This document shows, in pieces, positions 55,271-64,000 of a stretch of DNA of 64,000 nucleotides; position 1 is the stretch's first letter, and each line of letters opens with the position of its first letter. Location: NCBI GenBank assembly GCA_949296775.1, contig CASFQA010000003.1, positions 47,935 to 111,934 on the forward strand, given 5' to 3'. A model generated the notes under the pieces. That model was given only the letters and a program-made list of their open reading frames with translations. It had not been told where the DNA came from and searched no databases. Position numbers and translations under genes: made by a program. Source of the stretch: an uncultured bacterium. Its GTDB lineage: Bacteria > Bacillota_I > Bacilli_A > RFN20 > CAG-826.

Positions 55271-56626
55271 TTATGCTCCTTTGACGATTTCCTCTTTTTC
55301 CTTGCTTAAGAAACGGAGGAGTATCGGGGTCAAGAAACTGGAGACGAGAATGAGGACGAGGGTAAAGGGGATGATCCCAGCTTCGACCAATCCCGAATCG
55401 ACCCCTTCTTGGGCGGTGACGATGACGACCTCCGCCCGGGCCATCATCCCGATCCCGACGATCAGCGAGTCTTTGCTGTTCGAGCCGGTGATCTTGGCCC
55501 CAAGCCCGGCTCCGAGCACTTTGCCGAGTAGCCCAGCCACCACCCAGACCAAGCCGAAGCCGATGAATAGGCCGGATATGGAATTAACGCTTTCCCCGGA
55601 AGAAGATCCGATGCCTAAGGAAGAGAACATCTTCAGGGCGACTGAGGCGAAGAAAACCGGGGTGAATAAGACATTGGCCGTCGTCTCCACCCGATGGTCG
55701 ATGTAGTGGGAAGCGCTGGTGTTGGCGAGGATAAGCCCGGCGACATAAGCCCCGGTGATGTCGGCGATATGGAATATCTCGGCCACGAAAGCCCAAAGGA
55801 AGCAGAAGCCGAGCGAAAGCATCGGGATGCGCCGATGGTGGGGGTATTTCCTCCCCATCCAGTCGAATAGCTTGTGAACCCCGATCCCCATGCCGATCGA
55901 GATGGCGAAGAAAAGGACCATGATTAGAATCAAGAGGACGATTGACCAAGCCGAATCGCCGGTCGGGATGACCCAAGGAGCCGTCGCTTCCTCGCCTCCG
56001 GATAAGGAAATGACGATGGAAAGCAAGATGATGCCGATGACGTCGTCGATGATGGCGGCGCTCACCAAGCTGGTGCCGATCGGGCCTTCAAGCTTGCCGA
56101 GCTCTTTCAAGGTGGCGACGGTGATGGAAACCGAGGTGGCGGTCAGGATGACCCCATAATAGAGGTCGGAATAGAAAGGGGAAGTCCCAGCCGATTCCAG
56201 CCCGATGTAAAACTCCTCGTCCATATGGCCGAAGAAGCGGAACATGAAGGCGCAGAGGAATCCGAGCAGCAAGGGGAATATCACCCCTAAGCTGGTGATG
56301 ATCATGCTGGATTTGCCTTGTTTCCTGATTTGCCCAAGATTAGTGGTGATGCCGGCTTCGAACAAGATCAGGATGACGCCGATCTTGGCGAGGTCGTTGA
56401 TGCCTTCGACCGAATAATCGGTCAAGATGAATTGGCTTTCCTCGGGGATAAAATAGAACAGCCCGACCAATAGGCCGCCTAAAAGGTAGCCGACCACTTC
56501 CGGGACTTTGATTTTCGCCATCAGCAACGATAGCAATTTGCCGACGATGAGAATCAACCCGAGCGGCAATAAAATCATGTAAGGCTCATTGGTGAAGCTT
56601 TCGTCGATTAGGGAATTCAATTGCAT
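55271..56626 (-). CDS. Cation:proton antiporter (CPA2/Kef-type Na+/H+ exchanger domain)
   Basis: VVGYLLGGLLVG motif with 11-12 TM helices. GGGAGG RBS positions the start at 56626 (MQLNSL...). The ORF-track start at 56653 sits too close to the RBS. Confidence 0.8.
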   Translation of the reverse strand: MQLNSLIDESFTNEPYMILLPLGLILIVGKLLSLLMAKIKVPEVVGYLLGGLLVGLFYFIPEESQFILTDYSVEGINDLAKIGVILILFEAGITTNLGQIRKQGKSSMIITSLGVIFPLLLGFLCAFMFRFFGHMDEEFYIGLESAGTSPFYSDLYYGVILTATSVSITVATLKELGKLEGPIGTSLVSAAIIDDVIGIILLSIVISLSGGEEATAPWVIPTGDSAWSIVLLILIMVLFFAISIGMGIGVHKLFDWMGRKYPHHRRIPMLSLGFCFLWAFVAEIFHIADITGAYVAGLILANTSASHYIDHRVETTANVLFTPVFFASVALKMFSSLGIGSSSGESVNSISGLFIGFGLVWVVAGLLGKVLGAGLGAKITGSNSKDSLIVGIGMMARAEVVIVTAQEGVDSGLVEAGIIPFTLVLILVSSFLTPILLRFLSKEKEEIVKGA

Positions 56627-56736
56627 TGTCATTCCTCCCATTCGGGCAATCATACGCCGGTATGCGCGTAAATAAAGAGGGAATTGATTCCGTTAACTGA
56701 ATGGGATCTCAAAGGCGAGGAAAACCCTGCAAAAGA

Positions 56737-57180
56737 CTATCCAAATGGATGGAAGCGGCCTTTGCGGAAAGGGGCGGTCAGATCGCATATCATCGTGATG
56801 CATTGGCGGTTATGGGCATCGAGGATGATTTCTCCGGTCTCGTCCTCCTTGAAGCCGTTGGCCTTAAAAAACCTAAGCAACGGCAATGGGGCTAAGGCGA
56901 TTAGCTTCCGGGCGCCGGTTTGCCTCGCCCGGGTGGAAATGAAGCGGAGGGCGTATGATCCAATATAGCGGCGGCGGAGGGGCTTGGCGACGATTAGCTC
57001 GTCAAGAGCGCAATGCTCGGGGTCAAGGGGGTGGCAATAAGCGATGGCCAGGATATAGGCGTCTTTGACGAGGGCGAAATTGAAACCCCCGGCTTCCTGA
57101 TGAGCGGGCGTTTCCCCATATTCGGAGCGGTAGAGGGGCGAATCAACTATTTTTCCGAATTCGAACTTTCCGTTGACCAT
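56737..57180 (-). CDS. GNAT-like acetyltransferase (weak)
   Basis: Segment LRRRYIGSYALRFISTRARQTGARKL resembles GNAT motif A. Low similarity. Confidence 0.4.
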   Translation of the reverse strand: MVNGKFEFGKIVDSPLYRSEYGETPAHQEAGGFNFALVKDAYILAIAYCHPLDPEHCALDELIVAKPLRRRYIGSYALRFISTRARQTGARKLIALAPLPLLRFFKANGFKEDETGEIILDAHNRQCITMICDLTAPFRKGRFHPFG

Positions 57181-57219
57181 CTTCTTGCCTTTTCGCCTTA
57201 ATTATCTAATTATAACCCC

Positions 57220-57846
57220 ATGAATCTTGGCCTTTACCTCAAACATCGGAAGAACAAAATCTTGGCGGTTGGTTTGTCCGGGTTCGCGACCATTTTGCTT
57301 TGCCTTTGCTTTTTCCTCGATATGAGCGCCCTTTCTTGGCGTTTTGATTTCACCACCCTTTGGAATTATCTGCTCTATTTCATCGCCTACCTCATCATCT
57401 TCATCTGCAATGTGCGCAACGACAACGGGGCGTATCGCGGCATTACCCTCTTCGTCTTCTTCATGGCCTTTGACCAAATCTGGTCGGGCGTGATGATGGG
57501 AGGAAGCGCCTTCGGCCTTTTCTCCGGCGCCGACCCGGTCTCGATCACCCTGGCGGTTATCTATCTGCTCGCCGTGGTCGTCGGTGGGGTGTTGGGCTTC
57601 ATCCTTTACGCCAAGATCCTCAAATACATGGTCAATCCCTTAGTCGATTATCGTCCGGTCCGCAAGTATGGGATCATCTACTCCTCTTCCCTCTTCTTCA
57701 TCCTGGCTTTTCTTATCGGGATGGAGATGTACGTTTCCCCGTCCGCGGGCGCCCTTGACATCGCCATTATTTTCCTTTTGCCGATTTCCGAACTCATCAT
57801 GTCGGTGGCCATCGTCTTCACCTTGGAACGGCTCTACCGTAAGTAG
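57220..57846 (+). CDS. Polytopic membrane protein, unknown function
   Basis: Five to six TM helices. No motif recognised. Confidence 0.45.
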   Translation: MNLGLYLKHRKNKILAVGLSGFATILLCLCFFLDMSALSWRFDFTTLWNYLLYFIAYLIIFICNVRNDNGAYRGITLFVFFMAFDQIWSGVMMGGSAFGLFSGADPVSITLAVIYLLAVVVGGVLGFILYAKILKYMVNPLVDYRPVRKYGIIYSSSLFFILAFLIGMEMYVSPSAGALDIAIIFLLPISELIMSVAIVFTLERLYRK

Positions 57847-57867
57847 TTATTAATTTCCTGGTCCGCC

Positions 57868-57878
57868 TGTGATATAAT
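57868..57878 (+). promoter_or_regulatory. Extended -10 element TGtGATATAAT upstream of the P-type ATPase, defining a leader of about 110 nt
   Basis: TGnTATAAT-like hexamer TATAAT at 57873-57878. The ATG is at 57997. Confidence 0.45.
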
Positions 57879-57996
57879 CTCGCGCCGTAAGGGGAGTAGC
57901 GCTCGCTCGGATCTCGACATCTCGCTGAATAAGCCGGGACCGAGGGGGTAACACCTCGCGAGACCTTAACTCGTATTGAGAGAAGGACAGGAAAAT

Positions 57997-60768
57997 ATGT
58001 ACGAAGACAAAAACGCCAAAGAAACGTTAAGCGCTTTTTCCGTCGATCCCGAATCCGGCTTAACCCAAGAACAAGCCAAAAAGAAACTGGAAGCGGAAGG
58101 GCGGAACAAACTTGACGAAAAGAAGAAGGACCCATGGTATGTCATTTTCTTCAACAACATGAAGGATCCGATGACCTTGATCCTTTTCATCGCCGCGCTT
58201 ATATCGGTGGCCTTGGGCATTTATACCGTCGTTCGGGAGCCGGATTTGCCATTTGATGAGAAATTCGAGCAGTTCGTCGACGTCATCATCATCTTCTTGG
58301 TCGTTATCCTCAACGCCACCATCGGCACCATTCAGGAGATGAAAGCCGAAAAGGCCCTCGAAGCCTTGAAGAAGATGTCAGCTCCGACCGCGACGGTCAG
58401 GCGGGACGGGAAGCTTATCGAGATCCCGGCCGAGGAAGTCGTGACCGGCGATATCGTCATCCTGGAGGAAGGGCGGACGGTCCCGGCTGACCTGCGGCTT
58501 ATCAAGACCTTCTCGATGAAGGCCGATGAATCCTCCTTGACCGGTGAATCGGTCCCGGCCGAGAAAGACGCCTCGGTCGTCTTAACCGGCGAATCCGGGG
58601 TCGGCGATCGGGTCAACGAAGTCTTCATGTCGACCCCGATCGTTTATGGCCGGGGCGAAGGCGTGGTCATCGCCACCGGGATGAAGACCGAGATCGGCCG
58701 CATCGCCTCCATGCTTTCCGGGGAAGAGGACGAGATGACCCCGTTGCAGAAGAAATTGGCCCAGCTATCGAAGTTCCTCGGCGTTTTGACGGTCGGCGTC
58801 GTTATCTTGATGCTTGTCGTCAAAATCATCTGGGCGTTGATACAAAGCAATATCGCCGCCACTTGGTCGGACGCGTTGCTGGATTCGGTCGCTTTGGCCG
58901 TCGCCGCCATCCCTGAAGGGCTCACGGCCGTCGTCACCATCGTCTTGGCCCTCGGGGTCGGGAAGATGGTTAAGGTCAATACCATCGTCCGCCGCTTGGC
59001 CTCGGTCGAGACTTTAGGCGCGGTCTCGGTCATTTGCTCCGACAAGACCGGCACCCTCACCCAAAACAAGATGACCGTCGTCGAGGCCTATGTGCCGGGG
59101 ATGATGATCAAGAAAGACCAATTCGACAGCCATAAAGAGAACATCTCCCTTCTTGCCAAAGGGCTATCCCTTTGCAGCGACGCCAAAGTCGAAGGCGGAG
59201 TCTACGGCGATCCGACCGAGGTGGCCCTGGTCGAATTCGCCATGAACCTCGGGATGAAGAAGACCGACTTGGAGAAAACTAGCCCCCGGATCAACGAAGC
59301 CCCCTTCGATTCGGTGCGGAAGATGATGTCGACCCTCCATTCGGAGGAAGGCAAAGCGGTCCAGTTCACCAAAGGGGCGATGGATCAGGTACTCAAGCAC
59401 ACCACCCATATTTTGGATAATGGGGCGGTGCGGAAGATAACCGATAAAGACATAGAAGCCATCAAAGACGCTTCCTCCGCCATGGCCTCCGAGGCTCTCC
59501 GGGTCCTTTCGCTGACCTATCGGGAAGGGTCGGAAGTCGAGGAGGATAACCTTATCTTCATCGGCTTAGTCGGCATGGTCGATCCTCCGCGGGAAGCGGC
59601 TAAGCCGGCCGTCTCGACTTTGAAGAAAGCCGGCATCGTCACCATCATGATCACCGGCGACCACAAGGATACCGCTTTCGCGATCGCCAAAGAGCTCGGG
59701 ATCGCCGATAGCGAGAGTCAGGTTATGTCCGGCGACCAAATCGACGCCTGCACCGACGAGCAGCTGCAGGAGAAGGTCAAGACCTGCCGGGTCTTCGCTC
59801 GGGTCTCCCCTTCCAACAAAGTCTCGATCGTCAAAGCCATCAAGGCCAACGGGCTGACCGCGGCCATGACCGGGGACGGTGTTAACGACGCGCCGAGTTT
59901 GAAAGCCGCCGATATCGGCATCGCCATGGGCATCACCGGGACCGACGTCGCCAAAGGGGCGGCCGATATGGTCTTGACCGACGACAATTTCGCTTCGATC
60001 GAGAAAGCGGTCGAGGAAGGGCGGGGCATATACGCCAACATCAAGAAAACCGTCCTCTTCCTCCTCTCTTCCAATATCGGCGAAGTGGTGGCGATGCTGA
60101 TCGCCGCCATCATCGGCATCCCCTCGCCGCTTATCGCCATTCACCTTCTCTGGGTTAACCTCATCACCGACTCTTTCCCGGCCATCGCATTAGGGGCCGA
60201 CAAAAAACCGAACGACATCATGAACGACAAGCCCCGTGACCCGAAGGAATCCCTCTTCAGCCATGGCGGTTATCTCATCACCTTCGGTTACGGCGTTATC
60301 ATCGGTCTAATTACCTTGGCCGCCTTCTTGATCGCCCCGATCAACGAGCTTGGGGCCTATAACGCCGCCCATCCGGACGCTGCCTTGTCGCTTTGGGAAT
60401 ATTTATCCTCCGCTTCGGAAATCGGTCAGGAATCGGTGGTGGAAGAGGCCCAGTCGATGGCCTTCTGCGTCTTGGCTTTCTCCGAGTTGTTCCATATGCT
60501 TGGGATGACCAATACCAAAAAGAGCTTCATCTATGTCTTCGCCGATAAGAACCCGATGCTTTGGATCGCCTTATTCGGCGGCATCGCCTTGCAGTTCTTC
60601 GTCATCGAGGTTCCTTACATCAATTCCTTCTTCAAGGTCTATCCGCTCCACGACCATCCGATGGATTATCTCTACGTCTTCTTGCTGGCCATCGTACCGC
60701 TTCTGATCCACGAGGCGGCGGTCTTGGTCCAGTGGATAATGAAGAAAGCGAAAGCAAGCCATCAATAA
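57997..60768 (+). CDS. P-type Ca2+-transporting ATPase (PMCA/YloB-like, P2 type)
   Basis: DKTGTLTQNKM, TGDHKDTAFAIAKELG, GDGVNDAPSLKAADIGIAMG, 10 TM helices. The ATG at 57997 follows AGGA. The ORF-track start at 57976 lacks an RBS. Confidence 0.85.
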   Translation: MYEDKNAKETLSAFSVDPESGLTQEQAKKKLEAEGRNKLDEKKKDPWYVIFFNNMKDPMTLILFIAALISVALGIYTVVREPDLPFDEKFEQFVDVIIIFLVVILNATIGTIQEMKAEKALEALKKMSAPTATVRRDGKLIEIPAEEVVTGDIVILEEGRTVPADLRLIKTFSMKADESSLTGESVPAEKDASVVLTGESGVGDRVNEVFMSTPIVYGRGEGVVIATGMKTEIGRIASMLSGEEDEMTPLQKKLAQLSKFLGVLTVGVVILMLVVKIIWALIQSNIAATWSDALLDSVALAVAAIPEGLTAVVTIVLALGVGKMVKVNTIVRRLASVETLGAVSVICSDKTGTLTQNKMTVVEAYVPGMMIKKDQFDSHKENISLLAKGLSLCSDAKVEGGVYGDPTEVALVEFAMNLGMKKTDLEKTSPRINEAPFDSVRKMMSTLHSEEGKAVQFTKGAMDQVLKHTTHILDNGAVRKITDKDIEAIKDASSAMASEALRVLSLTYREGSEVEEDNLIFIGLVGMVDPPREAAKPAVSTLKKAGIVTIMITGDHKDTAFAIAKELGIADSESQVMSGDQIDACTDEQLQEKVKTCRVFARVSPSNKVSIVKAIKANGLTAAMTGDGVNDAPSLKAADIGIAMGITGTDVAKGAADMVLTDDNFASIEKAVEEGRGIYANIKKTVLFLLSSNIGEVVAMLIAAIIGIPSPLIAIHLLWVNLITDSFPAIALGADKKPNDIMNDKPRDPKESLFSHGGYLITFGYGVIIGLITLAAFLIAPINELGAYNAAHPDAALSLWEYLSSASEIGQESVVEEAQSMAFCVLAFSELFHMLGMTNTKKSFIYVFADKNPMLWIALFGGIALQFFVIEVPYINSFFKVYPLHDHPMDYLYVFLLAIVPLLIHEAAVLVQWIMKKAKASHQ

Positions 60769-60774
60769 AGAGCG

Positions 60775-60801
60775 AGGCGTCCGTTGGGCGCCTCTTTTTT
60801 C
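60775..60801 (+). terminator. Rho-independent terminator
   Basis: GAGGCG/CGCCTC stem followed by T6. Confidence 0.7.
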
Positions 60802-60839
60802 TTGTTTGGAAGCCGCTTGGCGTGTAAAGTATGCGGTGC

Positions 60840-60915
60840 GCCGACTTAGCTCAACTGGCAGAGCAGCGGTATCGTAAACCGCAGGTTGGAGGTTCGATTC
60901 CTCTAGTCGGCACCA
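60840..60915 (+). tRNA. tRNA-Thr(CGT)
   Basis: GCCGACT acceptor, TAGCTCAACTGGCAGAGCA D-arm, anticodon loop ATCGTAA, GGTTCGATTCC T-loop, CCA encoded. Confidence 0.85.
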
Positions 60916-61029
60916 CGAAAACTTCCAGGCCGGCGCTTCCGGCCTTTTCTATAAAATATTCCTTGATATGGGTGGGGGAGGGCTCTATAATAGCCGAGCC
61001 GTCAGAAAGACGGACCCTTACACGAACAT

Positions 61030-61105
61030 GGGTGTTTAGCTCAGCTGGGAGAGCACCTGTTTGACGTACAGGAGGTCACAGGTTCGATCCCTGTAGCACC
61101 CACCA
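61030..61105 (+). tRNA. tRNA-Val(GAC)
   Basis: GGGTGTT acceptor, TAGCTCAGCTGGGAGAGCA D-arm, anticodon stem CCTGT/ACAGG with loop TTGACGT, T-loop, CCA. Confidence 0.8.
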
Positions 61106-61117
61106 TGTTGCAAGACT

Positions 61118-61140
61118 CCGCGGTTAACCGCGGTTTTTTG
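61118..61140 (+). terminator. Rho-independent terminator (perfect palindrome CCGCGGTTAACCGCGG followed by T6)
   Basis: 16-bp perfect palindrome followed by a T-run. Confidence 0.7.
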
Positions 61141-61187
61141 TTGTCAAGAAAATAGGGTTAGCCTAGAATTTGCTTGAGGGTTTTATT

Positions 61188-61916
61188 ATGAAATACAAAC
61201 ACGTTAGAAGATCCGGCATCCTGTTCATCTTCCTTTCCATCATCACTTTATCGATTTGGACGTTGATTTGCCTTTCCATGGTCAATCGGGACGTCAACAA
61301 GTTCGCCAAGCGCAAGATGTGCCCTTATTGGATTGTGTGGATTCTTTCGCTTGTTTTCCTCTTTATCCCGACCATCATTTGGATGTCGACCTTATCGAGG
61401 AGGGTTGAGGAAGCTGCCCTCGAGTTAGGCATTGCCTCCCCGCGGACCGGCTTTGGCAAGTTCTTCAACTGGTGTTTCTTCGGTTCGCTTATCATCGTCG
61501 GCCCCTTCATCGCCTATTGCTTGACCTTCCGGACGCTTAACGCGGTCTTGAAGCGGCTTAACGTCGCCGCCCCGGCGGTTAAACCGGTCGCCAAGTCCGT
61601 GGAGAGCCCAACTGCCGTTTCCCCAGAAAAGAAGGATGGGGCTCCTATCCCCGACGTCATAATCGTTCGGGCGGCCGATCCAACCCCCGTCCCCGCCCAG
61701 GCCAAGGCTGAGGATATTAAGCTCATCGAGCAGAAGAAGCCGGAGCCGGCGGTTATCTTTGAAGGCTGTGCCCCGCAGGCCACCAAGAAGTGGCGGGTGC
61801 GCTATGCCTCCCGGAAAGACGCGGTCATGAGTTTCTCCTCGCAAGAGGAAGCCATCAACTTCGCCAAGGATCTGGCGATGAAGAACGGTTCGTCGGTTCG
61901 CGTCAAAGGCCGTTGA
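61188..61916 (+). CDS. Membrane protein with a soluble C-terminal domain, unknown function
   Basis: Three to four N-terminal TM helices, a Pro/Ala linker and a C-terminal globular region. The ATG at 61188 is preferred over the ORF-track start at 61170. Confidence 0.45.
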   Translation: MKYKHVRRSGILFIFLSIITLSIWTLICLSMVNRDVNKFAKRKMCPYWIVWILSLVFLFIPTIIWMSTLSRRVEEAALELGIASPRTGFGKFFNWCFFGSLIIVGPFIAYCLTFRTLNAVLKRLNVAAPAVKPVAKSVESPTAVSPEKKDGAPIPDVIIVRAADPTPVPAQAKAEDIKLIEQKKPEPAVIFEGCAPQATKKWRVRYASRKDAVMSFSSQEEAINFAKDLAMKNGSSVRVKGR

Positions 61917-61959
61917 CGAATCCCTCGATTTATTGTTTAATACTCCTCGCTGAACCGAT

Positions 61960-62033
61960 GCAGCCTTAGTTCAGTGGTAGAACACCAGCTTCCCAAGCTG
62001 GTTATACGGGTTCGATTCCCGCAGGCTGCTCCA
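61960..62033 (+). tRNA. tRNA-Gly(CCC)
   Basis: GCAGCCT acceptor, TAGTTCAGTGGTAGAACA D-arm, anticodon stem CCAGC/GCTGG with loop TTCCCAA, T-loop, CCA encoded. Confidence 0.85.
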
Positions 62034-62042
62034 GAGCGAATT

Positions 62043-62070
62043 AGCGGATCCCAAGAGGTCCGCTTTTTTC
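62043..62070 (+). terminator. Rho-independent terminator
   Basis: AGCGGA/TCCGCT stem followed by T6. Confidence 0.6.
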
Positions 62071-62224
62071 GTCAGCCAAACAATTTTAAAAAAAATCGCA
62101 ATTTACGAAGACGGCGCAAAACTTAGGCGGATTTCCCGCTTTGCGCCCTTTATGAATTTGCATATGCGTGCGCGCGTTTGCACTTTGTTCGGTAACGATT
62201 TATTATTCGTCTGGTGATTTGCCA

Positions 62225-62719
62225 ATGATTGATTTGCGTGAACATTGCATCCAGTTGCTAGCTAACCGCGGCGTCAGCGTTGCCGACATCGCCGATTGCG
62301 CCGTCTATCTCCAATCCGCCTATTTCCCCAATCTGAAGAGGGAAGATATGGTCGAATCGGTGATGGACGTTTTAGGCAAGCGGGAAGTCCAGTACACCAT
62401 CATGACCGCAATCGCCATCGATAAGGCGGCTGACCGGGGCGATATCGATGACCCGATATTGCTTAATATGCTTCGCGAGGACGATGGGTTATATGGCGTT
62501 GACGAAGTCCTAGCCTATTCGATCTGCAACGTCTACGGTTCGATCGCCTTGACCAATTTCGGTTATATCGATAAGGACAAATTCGGGATCGTCGGGGAGC
62601 TGAACAAAAAGAATCCCGATGGTTCTTACCCGGGCAATCACAATACCTTCCTCGACGACATCGTCGGGGCCATCGCCGCGAGCGCCGCCGCCCGTTATGC
62701 CCATTCTCAGGAAAATTAA
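62225..62719 (+). CDS. PgpA-family phosphatidylglycerophosphatase A (B. subtilis YutG-like)
   Basis: Collinear with YutG: KREVQYTIMTAIAIDKAADRG, DDGLYGVDEVLAYSICNVYGSIALTNFGYIDKDKFGI, HNTFLDDIVGAIAASAAARYAH. Confidence 0.8.
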   Translation: MIDLREHCIQLLANRGVSVADIADCAVYLQSAYFPNLKREDMVESVMDVLGKREVQYTIMTAIAIDKAADRGDIDDPILLNMLREDDGLYGVDEVLAYSICNVYGSIALTNFGYIDKDKFGIVGELNKKNPDGSYPGNHNTFLDDIVGAIAASAAARYAHSQEN

Positions 62720-62722
62720 AAC

Positions 62723-63550
62723 ATGAACATCAATTTCTTGCTTCTTTCTTCCGATCCCGCCCCTTATTTGGATATGGGGAATTACCTGAATATGGTTTCG
62801 CTGATCATGGCGATCATCATCTTCGCCGGTTTTGACGTGGTTCTCTTCTTTTGGCTTAAGCGCTGGTTCGTCCGGATTTTCTTGACCGCTTCCGAATTGG
62901 CGATCGTTTTGTTTTGGCTCTTCGGCTTGGATTTATTGCTGTTCATCGTCTTGGCTTTCTTCATCGTCGCCGTCTCCTTTTTCTTCCTCCACAATTCGGC
63001 GGAGGGGCGAAAGTACGTTTCCAATAACGTGAAGAAGCGGCTGCCCTCGAAGATTTTCCGAGGCAAGCCAACCCCCGAGGCCCTTTTTGACCGGGAGGCG
63101 GTGTATAAGAAGGTCGCCGACGCGGTCTTGATCATGTCGAAAAAGAAAGTCGGGGCTTTGATCACTTTCGAAAGAGGCGATAACCTCCGGGATTACATCG
63201 CCAAAGGCGTGACGGTCAATTGCCCGGTCTCGAGCGAGATACTGCAAACCATTTTCTACCCCGGCACCCGACTTCACGATGGGGCGGTAATCATCCGTAA
63301 TGACCTCATCGCCGCCGCCTCGGTTTACTATCAGACGGTGGACATCGCCATGCCGGGCAAATTCGGGTCGCGTCATCGGGCGGCCCTGTCGATTTCCAGC
63401 CAGGTCGATGCCGTGACCGTGGTCGTCAGCGAGGAAACCGGCCGCATATCGATTGCCTACGAAGGGGAGATTCAATCGGTTGAACCTGATTCCTTCCTTC
63501 AAACATTCGAAGAATACATGTCTAACGACAACGAGAAGACCAATCGTTGA
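62723..63550 (+). CDS. cdaA: Diadenylate cyclase CdaA (DacA)
   Basis: Three N-terminal TM helices. DAC domain motifs DGAVIIRN, GSRHRAALSISS, VVVSEETGRIS. Confidence 0.9.
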   Translation: MNINFLLLSSDPAPYLDMGNYLNMVSLIMAIIIFAGFDVVLFFWLKRWFVRIFLTASELAIVLFWLFGLDLLLFIVLAFFIVAVSFFFLHNSAEGRKYVSNNVKKRLPSKIFRGKPTPEALFDREAVYKKVADAVLIMSKKKVGALITFERGDNLRDYIAKGVTVNCPVSSEILQTIFYPGTRLHDGAVIIRNDLIAAASVYYQTVDIAMPGKFGSRHRAALSISSQVDAVTVVVSEETGRISIAYEGEIQSVEPDSFLQTFEEYMSNDNEKTNR

Positions 63551-63561
63551 AAGGAGGGGTC

Positions 63562-64000
63562 ATGACACGTTATTTCGGAACCGACGGGATCCGCGGCCAG
63601 GCTTTTAGCGAATTGACCGAGGAAACCGCCTATAGGATTGGCCGTTACATCGGGCAATATCCCGATGGCCATCCCAATACCATCCTTATCTCCCGCGATA
63701 CCCGCGAATCGGGGGAGGCTTTGCTTGAGGCCATAAAGCGGGGCGTCCTCAAAAGCGGCGGGACTTTGCTTGACGAAGGGGTTTCGACCACGCCCTCGGT
63801 TTCTTTTTTGGTCGAAGCCAACCATTATGACTATGGCATCATGATCTCGGCTTCCCACAATCCGTATTCGGATAACGGGATCAAGCTTTTCGCCCCCACA
63901 GGGGAGAAATTGGCCGAGGCCATCGAGGAAGCGATTGAGGACTATATCGATTCCAAAGAGGACTATCTGCCGGTCAAAGAAGGGAAATACCTCTATTCGC
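63562..64000 (+). CDS. glmM: Phosphoglucosamine mutase GlmM, 3'-truncated by the window end
   Basis: AAGGAGG RBS followed by MTRYFGTDGIRGQA..., with ISASHNPYSDNGIK (active-site Ser). Runs off the window end. Confidence 0.85.
   Translation, partial: MTRYFGTDGIRGQAFSELTEETAYRIGRYIGQYPDGHPNTILISRDTRESGEALLEAIKRGVLKSGGTLLDEGVSTTPSVSFLVEANHYDYGIMISASHNPYSDNGIKLFAPTGEKLAEAIEEAIEDYIDSKEDYLPVKEGKYLYS

Noticed and set aside
57860-57996. M-box (Mg2+) riboswitch upstream of the P-type ATPase
   Set aside because: The ATPase motifs are Ca2+/PMCA-like and not those of MgtA. I could not identify the M-box conserved core in the ~110-nt leader. The leader is kept only as a low-interest finding.

Overview
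This 64-kb window looks like chromosomal DNA from a wall-less or low-GC Firmicutes-type organism (Mollicutes, Acholeplasma or Erysipelotrichia-like). The basis is the very abundant lipoproteins, which carry Cys+1 lipoboxes followed by Ser/Thr/Asp-rich stalks, and an Opp transporter with large Mycoplasma-style insertions in OppC and OppD. Average GC is about 50% with strong local heterogeneity. All GC values here are by-eye estimates from short stretches. Gene content from the start of the window: a 5'-truncated surface protein, a GNAT, a degenerate MsrA-like gene, a GH3 glycosidase, an a/b-hydrolase and tRNA-Leu/Arg. A tRNA-bounded accessory segment follows (5.4-9.9 kb), holding an esterase, a stand-alone NRPS-type adenylation domain fused to a GNAT, and a low-GC AlbA_2/Schlafen-like ATPase gene flanked by 42-bp perfect direct repeats, with tRNA-Leu on the minus strand. 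Next are a lipoprotein, a csoR-copA copper module with a recognisable CsoR palindromic operator, an Ntn (choloylglycine) hydrolase, a heterodimeric ABC exporter pair (high GC), mntP, an LtaS-like sulfatase, an M18 aminopeptidase and udk. An 16-kb island of seven consecutive surface lipoproteins comes next; it includes Big_2 repeats, a BspA-LRR plus multi-PPC giant, and an M6/InhA-like metalloprotease. An oppABCDF operon follows, in which oppA is a high-GC mosaic and an extra coupled membrane-protein gene is attached. After that come a HAD phosphatase and a tightly translationally coupled 4-gene operon of unknown function, the candidate novel system. It encodes a small helical protein, a coiled-coil protein, a 629-aa coiled-coil protein with four C-terminal TM helices, and a protein with a C-terminal DEDDh 3'-5' exonuclease domain. 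The window ends with a flavin-reductase-like gene, a CPA2 antiporter, a Ca-type P-ATPase, tRNA-Thr/Val/Gly, pgpA(yutG)-like, cdaA and the start of glmM. No rRNA, CRISPR array or intact IS/transposase was seen.
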